Shown: piece by piece, positions 18,274 to 27,245 of the stretch | Layout: every line of letters begins with the position of its first letter | Numbering within the stretch: position 1 is the stretch's first letter | Sequence record: SRR20825010_1489 | Length of the DNA stretch: 35,320 nt | Reading direction: 5' to 3' (one strand) | The notes under the pieces: generated by a model | What the model saw: only the letters and a program-made list of their open reading frames with translations | Databases searched by the model: none | Told to the model about the DNA's origin: nothing | Made by a program: the position numbers and the translations under genes

Positions 18274-18729
18274 CTAATTAGGTCTTGATAACTTTGTGAA
18301 AGAGAGAGAGCCCAGCTTCCAACCATCATCCTTTTTAATATATACCTCCGTTACCATAAAAGGATTGGTGACCTCATTTCCACCAACAACTGCCAACAAA
18401 GTAATTCTATTTAGCAGAATGGCAGTGTTACCAATTACCTCTACAGAGGTCTCAAAAATATCCGCTTTTTTATAATGTATACCCCCACTTCTAATGATGT
18501 TGATTTCCTGCTCTTTCCCCCAAGCACCTCCCATATGTACGAAAACAGCTTTATCATCGAAGAGGTCTGTGAGTAACTCTACCTTTTTGTCAGCCATCCA
18601 GTCCCATTTGTTTTTAGAAAGGGCAATTATTCCCTGCTCTTCTTTGGTGAAAGAAGTCTGATTTGTCTGTCCTAGAGTATATAAGGATGAGAAGGTTAAG
18701 AGAAAAAATATAAATGTCAATTTTTTCAT
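18274..18729 (-). CDS. Secreted NTF2-like / DUF4440 family protein
   Basis: Signal peptide; 'LFDDKAVFVHMGG', 'TEVYIKKDDGWKL'. Confidence 0.85.
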   Translation of the reverse strand: MKKLTFIFFLLTFSSLYTLGQTNQTSFTKEEQGIIALSKNKWDWMADKKVELLTDLFDDKAVFVHMGGAWGKEQEINIIRSGGIHYKKADIFETSVEVIGNTAILLNRITLLAVVGGNEVTNPFMVTEVYIKKDDGWKLGSLSFTKLSRPN

Positions 18730-18876
18730 ACGCTCAATTTTGGGGAAGCCTCCATTACAATGTCACCTTACAAAGATGTCTTCATTATAAGACTAAATGC
18801 GTATATAAATTACAGTTTGACTTACCAATTTAACTTATTTACAAATTAAAAAGTAAAATCAATTTTAGAAACCCCT

Positions 18877-18884
18877 TAGCTTTG
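18877..18884 (+). promoter_or_regulatory. -7 promoter element for the AraC gene
   Basis: TAGCTTTG, 22 nt before ATG 18907. Confidence 0.6.
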
Positions 18885-18906
18885 GTTTGAAATCGACTGG
18901 AATATT

Positions 18907-19809
18907 ATGGAAGAAATATTAAGATTTGATACTGTTAGTCAATACAATACATTCAACAACCATGAAACTCTACACCCATTGGTAAGTGTAATTGACTTTT
19001 CCAAAGCTGACCCTAGAAGACTAAAACGCAGCTACTATGGGTTCTATATGGTATTGTTAAAAGATGTAGACTGTGGTGACCTTAGATATGGGAAGAACAC
19101 TTACGATTATCAAGAGGGCACATTGGTTTTCTTGGCACCAGGTCAGATTCTGGGTATGTCTAACAACGATGAGCAGCTTTATCAACCCAAAGGTCATGGG
19201 GTTATTTTCCATGCCGATCTAATCAAAGGCACTTCACTGGGACGAAACATTAGTGATTATTCATTCTTTAATTATAATGTGAACGAAGCACTTCATATAT
19301 CAGCGCAGGAGCGCAACCTCATCTTGGATAGTCTTTCAAAAATTAGTCATGAACTTCAACATGCGGTTGACAGTCACAGTAAAAGGCTTATCCCTTCAAA
19401 TATTGAACTTTTGCTAAATTACTGTATTCGTTTTTACGATCGCCAATTCACTACACGTGATAATGCCAATAAGGGAATTTTAGCCAAGTTTGAAACACTG
19501 TTAAACGATTACTTTTCGTCTGACAAACCAACTACAACAGGGTTACTCTCTGTTGCTTATTGTGCCAATCAGCTCCACTTGTCTCCAAATTATTTTGGTG
19601 ATCTTATTAAAAAGGAAACTGGTAAAACGGCAAATGAATTCATCCAGTTAAAGCTTATAGATGTGGCTAAAGAACGCATCTTTAATGCTGATAAATCCTT
19701 AAGTGAAATTGCATACAATCTTGGTTTCAAATACCCACAACATTTCAGCAGGTTCTTTAAACAGCACGTTGGAATGTCTCCTTTGGTCTATCGAAATTTA
19801 AATACATAA
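18907..19809 (+). CDS. AraC family transcriptional regulator
   Basis: 'YDYQEGTLVF..PGQ' N-domain; C-terminal HTH 'LSPNYFGDLIKKETG...SEIAYNLGFKYPQHFSRFFKQHVGMSP'. Confidence 0.95.
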   Translation: MEEILRFDTVSQYNTFNNHETLHPLVSVIDFSKADPRRLKRSYYGFYMVLLKDVDCGDLRYGKNTYDYQEGTLVFLAPGQILGMSNNDEQLYQPKGHGVIFHADLIKGTSLGRNISDYSFFNYNVNEALHISAQERNLILDSLSKISHELQHAVDSHSKRLIPSNIELLLNYCIRFYDRQFTTRDNANKGILAKFETLLNDYFSSDKPTTTGLLSVAYCANQLHLSPNYFGDLIKKETGKTANEFIQLKLIDVAKERIFNADKSLSEIAYNLGFKYPQHFSRFFKQHVGMSPLVYRNLNT

Positions 19810-19947
19810 ATTAATTGATTCTCAAGCTGTCCTTGGATGGATTTTATAGAGACTTTGGTGCTTTTGGTAAAGAAAAGATAAATGAAAAATCAATGAACTG
19901 CCAGTGCATATCATTAGTTTAGTGGATAAAATTTCTTTAGAAGCATT

Positions 19948-20901
19948 ATGAACCAACTGATATTTAAAAACGGAGATGTATTAGAAGCCATCGGCCTTGG
20001 CACTTGGAAGTCTGAACCAGGTGAAGTTTATCAAGCGGTTAGAACAGCCATTAAACTAGGCTATCGCCATATTGACTGCGCTTGGATTTACCAGAACGAA
20101 GCCGAAATTGGAAATGCTTTTGCCGATGCCTTTTCAGAAGGTGACGTAAAGCGTGAAGACCTTTTTGTGACTTCTAAACTTTGGAATTCATTCCACGCTC
20201 CAGAAGATGTCGAACCTGCTTTGCAAGAATCCTTGAAAGTCCTGCAATTAGACTATTTGGATCTGTACTTAATCCACTGGCCAATTGCGCATAAGAAAGA
20301 AGCCATCAACCCAAAAACTGCTGACGACTTTATTCCGATTGACGAAATGCCCATTGCCGATACTTGGAAAGCCATGGAAGCTTGTGTAGAGAAGGGCTTG
20401 GTAAAACACATTGGTGTTTCAAACTTCAATATTCCTAAGCTGAAAAAGCTGATGGAAACCGCCATCATTCAACCGGAAATGAACCAAATAGAGTCGCACC
20501 CTTATTTGGCTCAAAACGATTTATTGCACTTCTGTATAGAGAACAACATTCATTACACCGCTTATTCTCCTTTAGGTTCAAAGGACAGGGCAGAAGGAAT
20601 GAAGGGGCATGACGAGCCTGATATGTTTGAAAATGAAGTGGTGAAGAAAATCGCTGAAGCCCATAATGTCCATCCCGCTCAAATTTTAATCAAATGGGCG
20701 GAAGCCAGAGGCACTGCCGTAATTCCAAAATCGGTAAACCCAGAAAGATTAAAGAAGAACTTGAAGTCAGCTAAAATTGAGCTGAGTAAGGAAGACATGG
20801 CCAAATTGAACAAGCTTGATAAAGGGTACCGATTCCTGAACGGTAAGTTTTGGGAACGTGAAGGTGGAAGTTACACCGCTGAAGGGCTATGGAATAACTA
20901 G
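19948..20901 (+). CDS. Aldo/keto reductase
   Basis: 'IGLGTWK', 'GYRHIDCA.IY', 'TSKLWN', 'LDLYLIHWP', 'IGVSNF', 'IPKS'. Confidence 0.96.
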   Translation: MNQLIFKNGDVLEAIGLGTWKSEPGEVYQAVRTAIKLGYRHIDCAWIYQNEAEIGNAFADAFSEGDVKREDLFVTSKLWNSFHAPEDVEPALQESLKVLQLDYLDLYLIHWPIAHKKEAINPKTADDFIPIDEMPIADTWKAMEACVEKGLVKHIGVSNFNIPKLKKLMETAIIQPEMNQIESHPYLAQNDLLHFCIENNIHYTAYSPLGSKDRAEGMKGHDEPDMFENEVVKKIAEAHNVHPAQILIKWAEARGTAVIPKSVNPERLKKNLKSAKIELSKEDMAKLNKLDKGYRFLNGKFWEREGGSYTAEGLWNN

Positions 20902-20931
20902 TCTCGCCTAGCAAATATTTAAACATAGGCT

Positions 20932-22119
20932 ATGATAAGAGAATTTAAAAATCAAACAAGACTCAAAAATGCGGGTAGCCTTTTAATGTTTGTGATATTG
21001 CTCATGCAGGCTTCCGATTCTAAAAAGGATATAAACAACGGAGCAAAAAAGATAGAAGCAGTAAAAGTTGCGGAAGTATCGTTTAAAGAATCTGCGAAAG
21101 TAAAATTAGAGATTGATACGATCTCGTTCGCCATAGATGAATTGTCAGATGGTTATACTGGTTCGTTGCAATATATAGACGATGGTAGACCAGCCCTTTC
21201 TTTATACAATAAAGTTGCCCATTCCATTGATCTATGTGATTTCGACAAACGCGAAATGTATGAGCGAATCCCCTTTGAGAAAGAAGGCCCTAATGGCGTT
21301 GGTTCGGCCCCTGTAGGTATTTGGTTTTTGTCACCTGATAGCATTGTAGTCACAAATAAGTTCGATTTATTCTTAATAGATCGTCAAGCTAAAGTTTTCA
21401 AAAAATTTAGGCTGAATATACCTGAACTAGGGGGCTTTCCTGACATTATCCTTAGTACAACTCACCCTATAATTCGAAAAGGCAACAAGCTTATTGCATC
21501 AATTTATCCGCAGAAGGATGTGTTCAAGTATTCTGATTTAAGAAAGTGGAAAAATTTTGTGGAGTTTGATCTAAAAACTGGTGCTATACGTGCTTTTGGT
21601 GATTTACCTGACCAAATGAAAGAAAAGATTCTAGGTTTTAATTACGTAGATAAGTCTTATGTTTTCAATGGTGAAGACATAATTATAAGTTTCTATCCGT
21701 CTAAAGATTTATATAAACTACCCTATCCTTATGATGAAAGCCTAGAGCGAATAGAATTAAAAAATTCAAACTTTAAGGATGTGCAAGAGATGTCCAATAA
21801 AAATTCATCGGACTTTATGGGCTATACAAAACACTATCTTATGAATAACAGTTTTGACGGCATTTATTTCAATGGAACTCACTATTTGAGAATAAATCAA
21901 AAGGCAATTTCCCAGGAAGAGCTTAACCAGAGGGATTGGGCTAAATGGAAAGTCCTTCAAGTATTTGACTCCAACTTCAACCTTCTCTTAGAAAAAGACC
22001 TCAAATCAAAATATGGAAATTACATGATGACCATTCCTTTTGATGATTCGTTTCTAGTCGCTATTGGTAGAGATTCGGAAGACGTAATGAACTTTGCAAA
22101 GTTTACCATCAAACAATAG
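20932..22119 (+). CDS. Exported beta-rich protein (DUF4221-like, tentative)
   Basis: 395-aa ORF with N-terminal hydrophobic segment; 'FEKEGPNGVG', 'SPDSIVV' propeller-like motifs. Family call from memory. Confidence 0.65.
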   Translation: MIREFKNQTRLKNAGSLLMFVILLMQASDSKKDINNGAKKIEAVKVAEVSFKESAKVKLEIDTISFAIDELSDGYTGSLQYIDDGRPALSLYNKVAHSIDLCDFDKREMYERIPFEKEGPNGVGSAPVGIWFLSPDSIVVTNKFDLFLIDRQAKVFKKFRLNIPELGGFPDIILSTTHPIIRKGNKLIASIYPQKDVFKYSDLRKWKNFVEFDLKTGAIRAFGDLPDQMKEKILGFNYVDKSYVFNGEDIIISFYPSKDLYKLPYPYDESLERIELKNSNFKDVQEMSNKNSSDFMGYTKHYLMNNSFDGIYFNGTHYLRINQKAISQEELNQRDWAKWKVLQVFDSNFNLLLEKDLKSKYGNYMMTIPFDDSFLVAIGRDSEDVMNFAKFTIKQ

Positions 22120-22235
22120 AGATTGATCAGACTTCACTGGTCGTAGGTACTGTCTTAAAAAGCAATTTTACCTTTTTGATTTTCAAAGCTTACTTCGACT
22201 GGAGTATAATAACTCCCCAAACCTATAAAAACAGA

Positions 22236-22274
22236 AGAGGTTACACCATTGCTGATGTAACCTCTTTGTGTTTT
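22236..22274. terminator. Intrinsic terminator (possibly bidirectional)
   Basis: AGAGGTTACA (22236-22245) / TGTAACCTCT (22256-22265), T-rich on the right and A-rich on the left. Confidence 0.7.
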
Positions 22275-22284
22275 TATGATCTAC

Positions 22285-22309
22285 AAAAAAACCCCGACTA
22301 GTCGGGGTT
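22285..22309 (-). terminator. Intrinsic terminator of the cold-shock gene
   Basis: Palindrome AACCCCGACTAGTCGGGGTT (22290-22309) followed by a U-run on the minus strand. Confidence 0.85.
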
Positions 22310-22336
22310 CAGTAATCAAAAATCTATAATTTCTAA

Positions 22337-22528
22337 CTATATTTTCTTGACATTCACAGCGTTAAGACCTTTACGGCCTTCTGCTTTTTCGAATTCAACT
22401 TTGTCATCTTTGTCAATGGCATCGATTGTACCAGAAACGTGAATGAAAATTTCTTCGCCTGTTGCGTCATCAACAACGAAGCCGAAGCCTTTATCGTTAT
22501 TGAAGAATTTTACTACTCCTGTATTCAT
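22337..22528 (-). CDS. Cold-shock protein (63 aa)
   Basis: 'GVVKFFNNDKGFGFV' (RNP-1), 'IFIHVS' (RNP-2); start MNTG at 22528. Confidence 0.95.
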   Translation of the reverse strand: MNTGVVKFFNNDKGFGFVVDDATGEEIFIHVSGTIDAIDKDDKVEFEKAEGRKGLNAVNVKKI

Positions 22529-22571
22529 TGTAAATTGTAATAAGTAATTAAAAATTTTATTTGTATTACGA

Positions 22572-22579
22572 CAAATGTA
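22572..22579 (-). promoter_or_regulatory. -7 promoter element for the cold-shock gene
   Basis: TACATTTG followed by an AT-rich 5' UTR. Confidence 0.65.
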
Positions 22580-22589
22580 GCTATTAGTT

Positions 22590-23108
22590 ATGAAATCCAA
22601 TAAAACCAGCAATAAAAAACTGTATATCGTCCGACATGCCAAATCTAGTTGGGGGAATGCGCATCTATCTGATTTTGAGCGACCTTTAAATCATCGGGGT
22701 GAAAATGATGCGCCAGATATGGGCCAGCGACTGGCCATGGAAGGCGTCAAACCATCGCTTATAATGTCCTCTCCTGCCAACAGGGCAATAACGACTGCCA
22801 AAGTGATTTCTGCTAAAATCGGCTATACTGTATCTGAGATTATGGAAGAAGAAAGGCTTTATCATGCTTCTACCGGAACCATAAAAACGCTGTTAAGTCG
22901 AGTGGATGATGAGCACGATACCCTCATGATTTTTGGCCATAATCCTGGTTTGACCTACTTGATCAACGAAATCAGCGATTTTGATTTAGACAACCTACCC
23001 ACCTGTGCCGTCTGTGGTATTGAGTTTGAAATGGAAAGTTGGAAAGGTATTCAAACCACTCGAGGTCATCAATTCTATTACGATTATCCAAAATCGAAGA
23101 ATGATTGA
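22590..23108 (+). CDS. sixA: Histidine phosphatase, SixA-like
   Basis: 'VRHAKSSW', 'DFERPLN.RG', 'SSPA.RA..TA', 'GHNPG'. Confidence 0.88.
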   Translation: MKSNKTSNKKLYIVRHAKSSWGNAHLSDFERPLNHRGENDAPDMGQRLAMEGVKPSLIMSSPANRAITTAKVISAKIGYTVSEIMEEERLYHASTGTIKTLLSRVDDEHDTLMIFGHNPGLTYLINEISDFDLDNLPTCAVCGIEFEMESWKGIQTTRGHQFYYDYPKSKND

Positions 23109-23118
23109 CAGTCTAGTT

Positions 23119-23237
23119 CCTTCGTAAACTCAGGATGAAAAGTGCGCATAGTTAGGCGCAGCATTATAATCAAACCGAAGCGCTGAAACTGAAGCTACTT
23201 CTTTTCTTTCCCTGAGCTCCGAGGCTTCGGAGAAGGG
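23119..23237. repeat. Inverted pair of degenerate REP-like units
   Basis: CCTTCGTAAACTCAGGATGA (23119-23138) and TCCCTGAGCTCCGAGGCTTCGGAGAAGGG (23209-23237), which contains the hairpin CTCCGA-GGCT-TCGGAG. Confidence 0.5.
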
Positions 23238-23255
23238 TCTAAACCTCTAGGCTAA

Positions 23256-24308
23256 TCACAAAACCTGCTTCAGAAGTTGGATGTAAAACTCAATCCCCTC
23301 TTCTATTTCATGGATGAAAACGAATTCATCGGCTGTATGTGATCGCGCAGAATCACCAACACCGATCTTTAAAGAAGGATAAGGCATGAGCGCCTGATCA
23401 GACATGGTTGGAGAGCCATAAGTTCTTCTCCCCAAATCAATTCCCGCCTGAACAATCGGATGCTCTACTGGAATGGAGGAAGGATTCAATCTAGTCGACC
23501 TTGGCTCTACCTTGGATTTGACATGCGCTCTGATAATTTCTAGAATTTGGGTGTTCGAATAACAATCTGTGCTGCGCACATCCACCACAAACTTACATTC
23601 ATCGGGCACTACGTTGTGCTGCTGGCCTGCATTAATCATCGTCACAGACATACGCACCGGCCCTAGGGTTTTTGAAATTTCATCAAAGGTATAGGTACGG
23701 AACCATTCAAGATCCTTCATGGCTTTGTAAATGGCGTTCTCCCCTTCGTTTCGGGCAGCGTGGCCTGATTTCCCCGTAGCCACGCAATCCAACACCATCA
23801 AACCTTTTTCTGCGATCGCTAAATCAAGCAAAGTAGGCTCGCCTACGATGGCGAAATCTATATCGCCCAGTTCTTCTAGAATACTTTCCACCCCATTCTT
23901 TCCAGAAATTTCTTCTTCGGCCGAAGCCGCTAAAATCAAATTATATTTCAGATTCGGTTCATTATAGAAATTCAGAAAACAAGCCATGAGAGAAACCAGA
24001 CTCGCTCCAGCATCATTGCTTCCCAAGCCGTAAAGCTTACCGTCTTCCACCTCAGGAGAAAATGGATCTTTGGTGTAGCCCACATTGGGTTTTACGGTAT
24101 CGTGATGTGAATTGAGCAGAATGGTGGGTTTACTGGCATCGAAATGCAAGTTCTTCACCCAAATGTTGTTGCCTTTTCTTTGGGTTGAAATTCCTTTATC
24201 CTGAAAAAAGGCTTGAATCAAATCAGCCGTTTTATCCTCTTCTTTACTGAAAGAAGGAATAGCAATAAGCTGTTTTAGTAAATCGAGTGCTTCGTTGAAT
24301 AACTGCAT
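23256..24308 (-). CDS. argE: M20 family deacylase (ArgE; acetylornithine deacetylase / acyl-citrulline deacylase)
   Basis: 'LNSHHDTV', 'YGLGSNDAG', 'AEEE', 'VGEPT', 'SHTADE'; last gene of the arg operon. Confidence 0.88.
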   Translation of the reverse strand: MQLFNEALDLLKQLIAIPSFSKEEDKTADLIQAFFQDKGISTQRKGNNIWVKNLHFDASKPTILLNSHHDTVKPNVGYTKDPFSPEVEDGKLYGLGSNDAGASLVSLMACFLNFYNEPNLKYNLILAASAEEEISGKNGVESILEELGDIDFAIVGEPTLLDLAIAEKGLMVLDCVATGKSGHAARNEGENAIYKAMKDLEWFRTYTFDEISKTLGPVRMSVTMINAGQQHNVVPDECKFVVDVRSTDCYSNTQILEIIRAHVKSKVEPRSTRLNPSSIPVEHPIVQAGIDLGRRTYGSPTMSDQALMPYPSLKIGVGDSARSHTADEFVFIHEIEEGIEFYIQLLKQVL

Positions 24309-24309
24309 T

Positions 24310-25101
24310 TTAATTACTGATTAGAGTTCCAGATTGGTCATTGGCCAAGGCCGATAAGTTTTCAAACGAACCAATTCTTACCGATTTAGCGCCATGAGTC
24401 AAGGCCAATAAAGCGCAATCCATTTTAGGAATCATGCCTTCATTAATCACTCCGCTCTCTTTTAGTCCTGCAACTTCTTCTCTTTTAATTTCAGGAATTA
24501 CAAGCTTGTTTTCGAAATCGGAAAGTACACCAGGCTGCTCGAAGCAGTAAATCAATTTCACTTCAAATTGCTGGGCTAAAGCAGCTGCCACCGAAGCCGC
24601 AATGGTATCGGCATTTGTGTTCAGCATATGACCTTCACCATCGTGGGTCAAAGGTGCTAAAACTGGAACAAGCCCCGAATCGATAAGTTTTTTGAGGATC
24701 TCAGTATTGATGTTTTCTGGCTTTACATCGCCCACAAAGCCATAATCAATTGCACCAACGGGTCTTTTTGTAGCTGGAATGACATTGGCATCGGCACCCG
24801 TCAGACCAATAGCATTTACTTTCAAGGCTTGAAGTTTACTGACAATCCGCTTGCTCACGAGTCCACCATACACCATGGTTACCAAGTCAATAGTTTCCGC
24901 ATCGGTGATTCTTCGTCCGTCAATCATTTTAGGCTCAACGCCTAGCTTCTTACCAAAGTCGGAAGCAATTTTTCCACCTCCGTGAATGAGGATTTTTTCT
25001 CCTTCTAAAGTTGAAAAGGATTTTAGAAAAGCATCCAAAGCGGATGTTTCATCGATGACCTTTCCCCCAACTTTAACAATGGTAAGCTTTTTCATATTCA
25101 T
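24310..25101 (-). CDS. argB: Acetylglutamate kinase
   Basis: 'VKVGG', 'IHGGG', 'GRRITD', 'LNTNADT', 'GMIPK'. Confidence 0.95.
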   Translation of the reverse strand: MNMKKLTIVKVGGKVIDETSALDAFLKSFSTLEGEKILIHGGGKIASDFGKKLGVEPKMIDGRRITDAETIDLVTMVYGGLVSKRIVSKLQALKVNAIGLTGADANVIPATKRPVGAIDYGFVGDVKPENINTEILKKLIDSGLVPVLAPLTHDGEGHMLNTNADTIAASVAAALAQQFEVKLIYCFEQPGVLSDFENKLVIPEIKREEVAGLKESGVINEGMIPKMDCALLALTHGAKSVRIGSFENLSALANDQSGTLISN

Positions 25102-26051
25102 TAAATCTGGGGCATTAACAATTCATGAAACACCGCTTGAGCTACGTAAACTCGGTTTTCAGCTTGCTCTAAATGAATGGCATTTGGGCCATCCAAAATT
25201 TCATCTTTAATCACCAAGCCTCTTCTTACTGGCAAACAGTGCATTACTTTCGCGTTTTGCGTAAGTGCCAATTGCTTAGAGCCGAAAGTCCAACTTTCAT
25301 CTTGAGATAAAATTTGGCCATAGTCATCATAGGACGACCAGTTCTTTACATATACAAAATCAGCATCTTTAAGCGCTTCTGCTTGGTCATGAAAAACAGA
25401 AACTCCTTGGCGAAACTCCTCTGCTAAATCATAGCCTTCTGGATTGGCAATACTGAAATCAACGTCAGCTTTTCCCATCCATTCAGCAAAAGAATTGGGA
25501 ACTGCTTGCGGCAAAGCCTTTACATGTGGTGCCCAAGTCAGCACTACCTTGGGTTTGCGGGCTGCTGCCCATTGCTCTTTGATGGTAATCAAATCGGCCA
25601 AACTCTGTAATGGATGTCTGGTGCCACTTTCTAAACTCACAATCGGTACGCCCGCATATTTGATAAAGGCATTCAACAATTTTTCTGAGTAATCCGCTTC
25701 TTTCGATTTCAGTTCAGGAAAAGTACGCACGCCCAACACATCGAAATAACGCCCCATTACGGCAGCAGCTTCCTTAATATGTTCGGCCTTATCTCCATTC
25801 ATCACCACGCCATCCTCAAACTCCAAGGCCCAGCCATCTTTCCCAATGTCCAGTACAATAGCCTGAGCTCCTAAATTTTGAGCCGCTACCTGAGAACTCA
25901 AGCGCGTCCTCAAACTCGGATTGAAGAAAATCAAACCAATTCTTTTGCCTTCGGCCAATTTGGTTTGAAATGGATTTGCCTTTAATGACAAAGCCTTTTC
26001 TACCAATGCGTTGATGTTTTGTACGTCTTTTACTGAAGTAAAATTTTTCAT
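25101..26051 (-). CDS. argF: N-acylornithine carbamoyltransferase (ArgF'; probably succinyl-specific)
   Basis: 'FFNPSLRTR', 'WALE..DG..MNGDKAEH', 'HPLQ', 'TWAPHVKALPQAV', 'KNWS', 'HCLPVRR'. Confidence 0.9.
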   Translation of the reverse strand: MKNFTSVKDVQNINALVEKALSLKANPFQTKLAEGKRIGLIFFNPSLRTRLSSQVAAQNLGAQAIVLDIGKDGWALEFEDGVVMNGDKAEHIKEAAAVMGRYFDVLGVRTFPELKSKEADYSEKLLNAFIKYAGVPIVSLESGTRHPLQSLADLITIKEQWAAARKPKVVLTWAPHVKALPQAVPNSFAEWMGKADVDFSIANPEGYDLAEEFRQGVSVFHDQAEALKDADFVYVKNWSSYDDYGQILSQDESWTFGSKQLALTQNAKVMHCLPVRRGLVIKDEILDGPNAIHLEQAENRVYVAQAVFHELLMPQI

Positions 26052-26108
26052 TCTTTCTAATTCGTCACAGAAATGAATTTCTGGATTTTGGAGCGTCTTT
26101 CTGACCTC

Positions 26109-27236
26109 TTATTTATTTAATTCTATACTTAATGCAGCTAAAAACTGATCCAGCTCGGCTTTGCTAATGTTCAGCGGAGGCAATAAACGAATGGTGTTTT
26201 TATTGGAAGCCGAACCCGTAAAAATACCATGTCCAAAAATCAATGCTTTACGCAAGGCGGCCACATCAAAATCAAATTCAGCACCAATCATTAAGCCCTT
26301 TCCTCGAACCTCCTTCACTTCTTTAATTTTCTTCAATTCAGTTTCAAGGTAAGCCCCTTGTTCAGCAGCATTCAGGATCAATCTTTCCTTTTCTAACACT
26401 TCTAATACTGCTAAAGAAGCCGCGCAAGCCAAATGATTTCCTCCGAAAGTGGTTCCCAACATTCCATGCCAAGGTTCGATTTCTGGTGAAATCAAAACAC
26501 AGCCTACCGGAAAGCCATTGCCCATTCCCTTTGCCAGGGTAATGATATCGGGTCTTACTATGGAGTGCTGATGAGCGAAAAATTTCCCTGTTCTCCCAGC
26601 ACCCGACTGAACTTCGTCCAAAATCAAGACGGCTTCATGGCTATCGCACAATTCTCGCGCTTTGGCTAAAAAAGCATCGTTTGGAGTATAAAGACCCGCA
26701 ACGCCTTGAATTCCTTCAATGATCACTCCTGCTACGTCATCATCGAAGGCGGCAGATAAGGCTCCCAAATCGTTCAAAGGCACAAAAACCACATCGTGTC
26801 CATTGTTGAATGGCGCTACAATTTTAGGATTGTCTGTTGCAGCCACTGCTCCTGAAGTTCTTCCATGGAACGCGTTTTCCACCGCGATAATCTTGCGTTT
26901 CCCCGTATGAAATGAAGCAAGTTTTAAGGCATTTTCATTGGCTTCGGCACCAGAGCTACACATGAAAAACTGGTAGTCGTAGTAGCCAGAAATTCGGCCC
27001 ATGGCTTCGGCCAATTCTTCTTGAAGTGAATTTTGAACTGCATTGGAATAAAAACCAATTTTTGACAATTGATCTGTGATTCGTTTCACATAATGCGGAT
27101 GGGTATGCCCTATCGAAATCACAGCATGACCACCATACAAATCCAAATACTCTTTCCCTTCCTTATCCCAAAGCTTGGCTCCAAGCGCACGCACTGGCTC
27201 AATTGGGTAAAGCGGGTAAACATCAAATAATTTCAT
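26109..27236 (-). CDS. argD: Acetylornithine/succinylornithine aminotransferase
   Basis: 'SGAEANENALK', 'FHGRT', 'DEVQSG.GRTG', 'LAKGMGNG', 'TTFGGN'. Confidence 0.93.
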   Translation of the reverse strand: MKLFDVYPLYPIEPVRALGAKLWDKEGKEYLDLYGGHAVISIGHTHPHYVKRITDQLSKIGFYSNAVQNSLQEELAEAMGRISGYYDYQFFMCSSGAEANENALKLASFHTGKRKIIAVENAFHGRTSGAVAATDNPKIVAPFNNGHDVVFVPLNDLGALSAAFDDDVAGVIIEGIQGVAGLYTPNDAFLAKARELCDSHEAVLILDEVQSGAGRTGKFFAHQHSIVRPDIITLAKGMGNGFPVGCVLISPEIEPWHGMLGTTFGGNHLACAASLAVLEVLEKERLILNAAEQGAYLETELKKIKEVKEVRGKGLMIGAEFDFDVAALRKALIFGHGIFTGSASNKNTIRLLPPLNISKAELDQFLAALSIELNK

Positions 27237-27245
27237 AGTTATTAA

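Noticed and set aside
22529-22642. N-terminal extension of the cold-shock ORF
   Set aside because: Overlaps the divergent sixA gene and the promoter; the cold-shock domain begins at MNTG.
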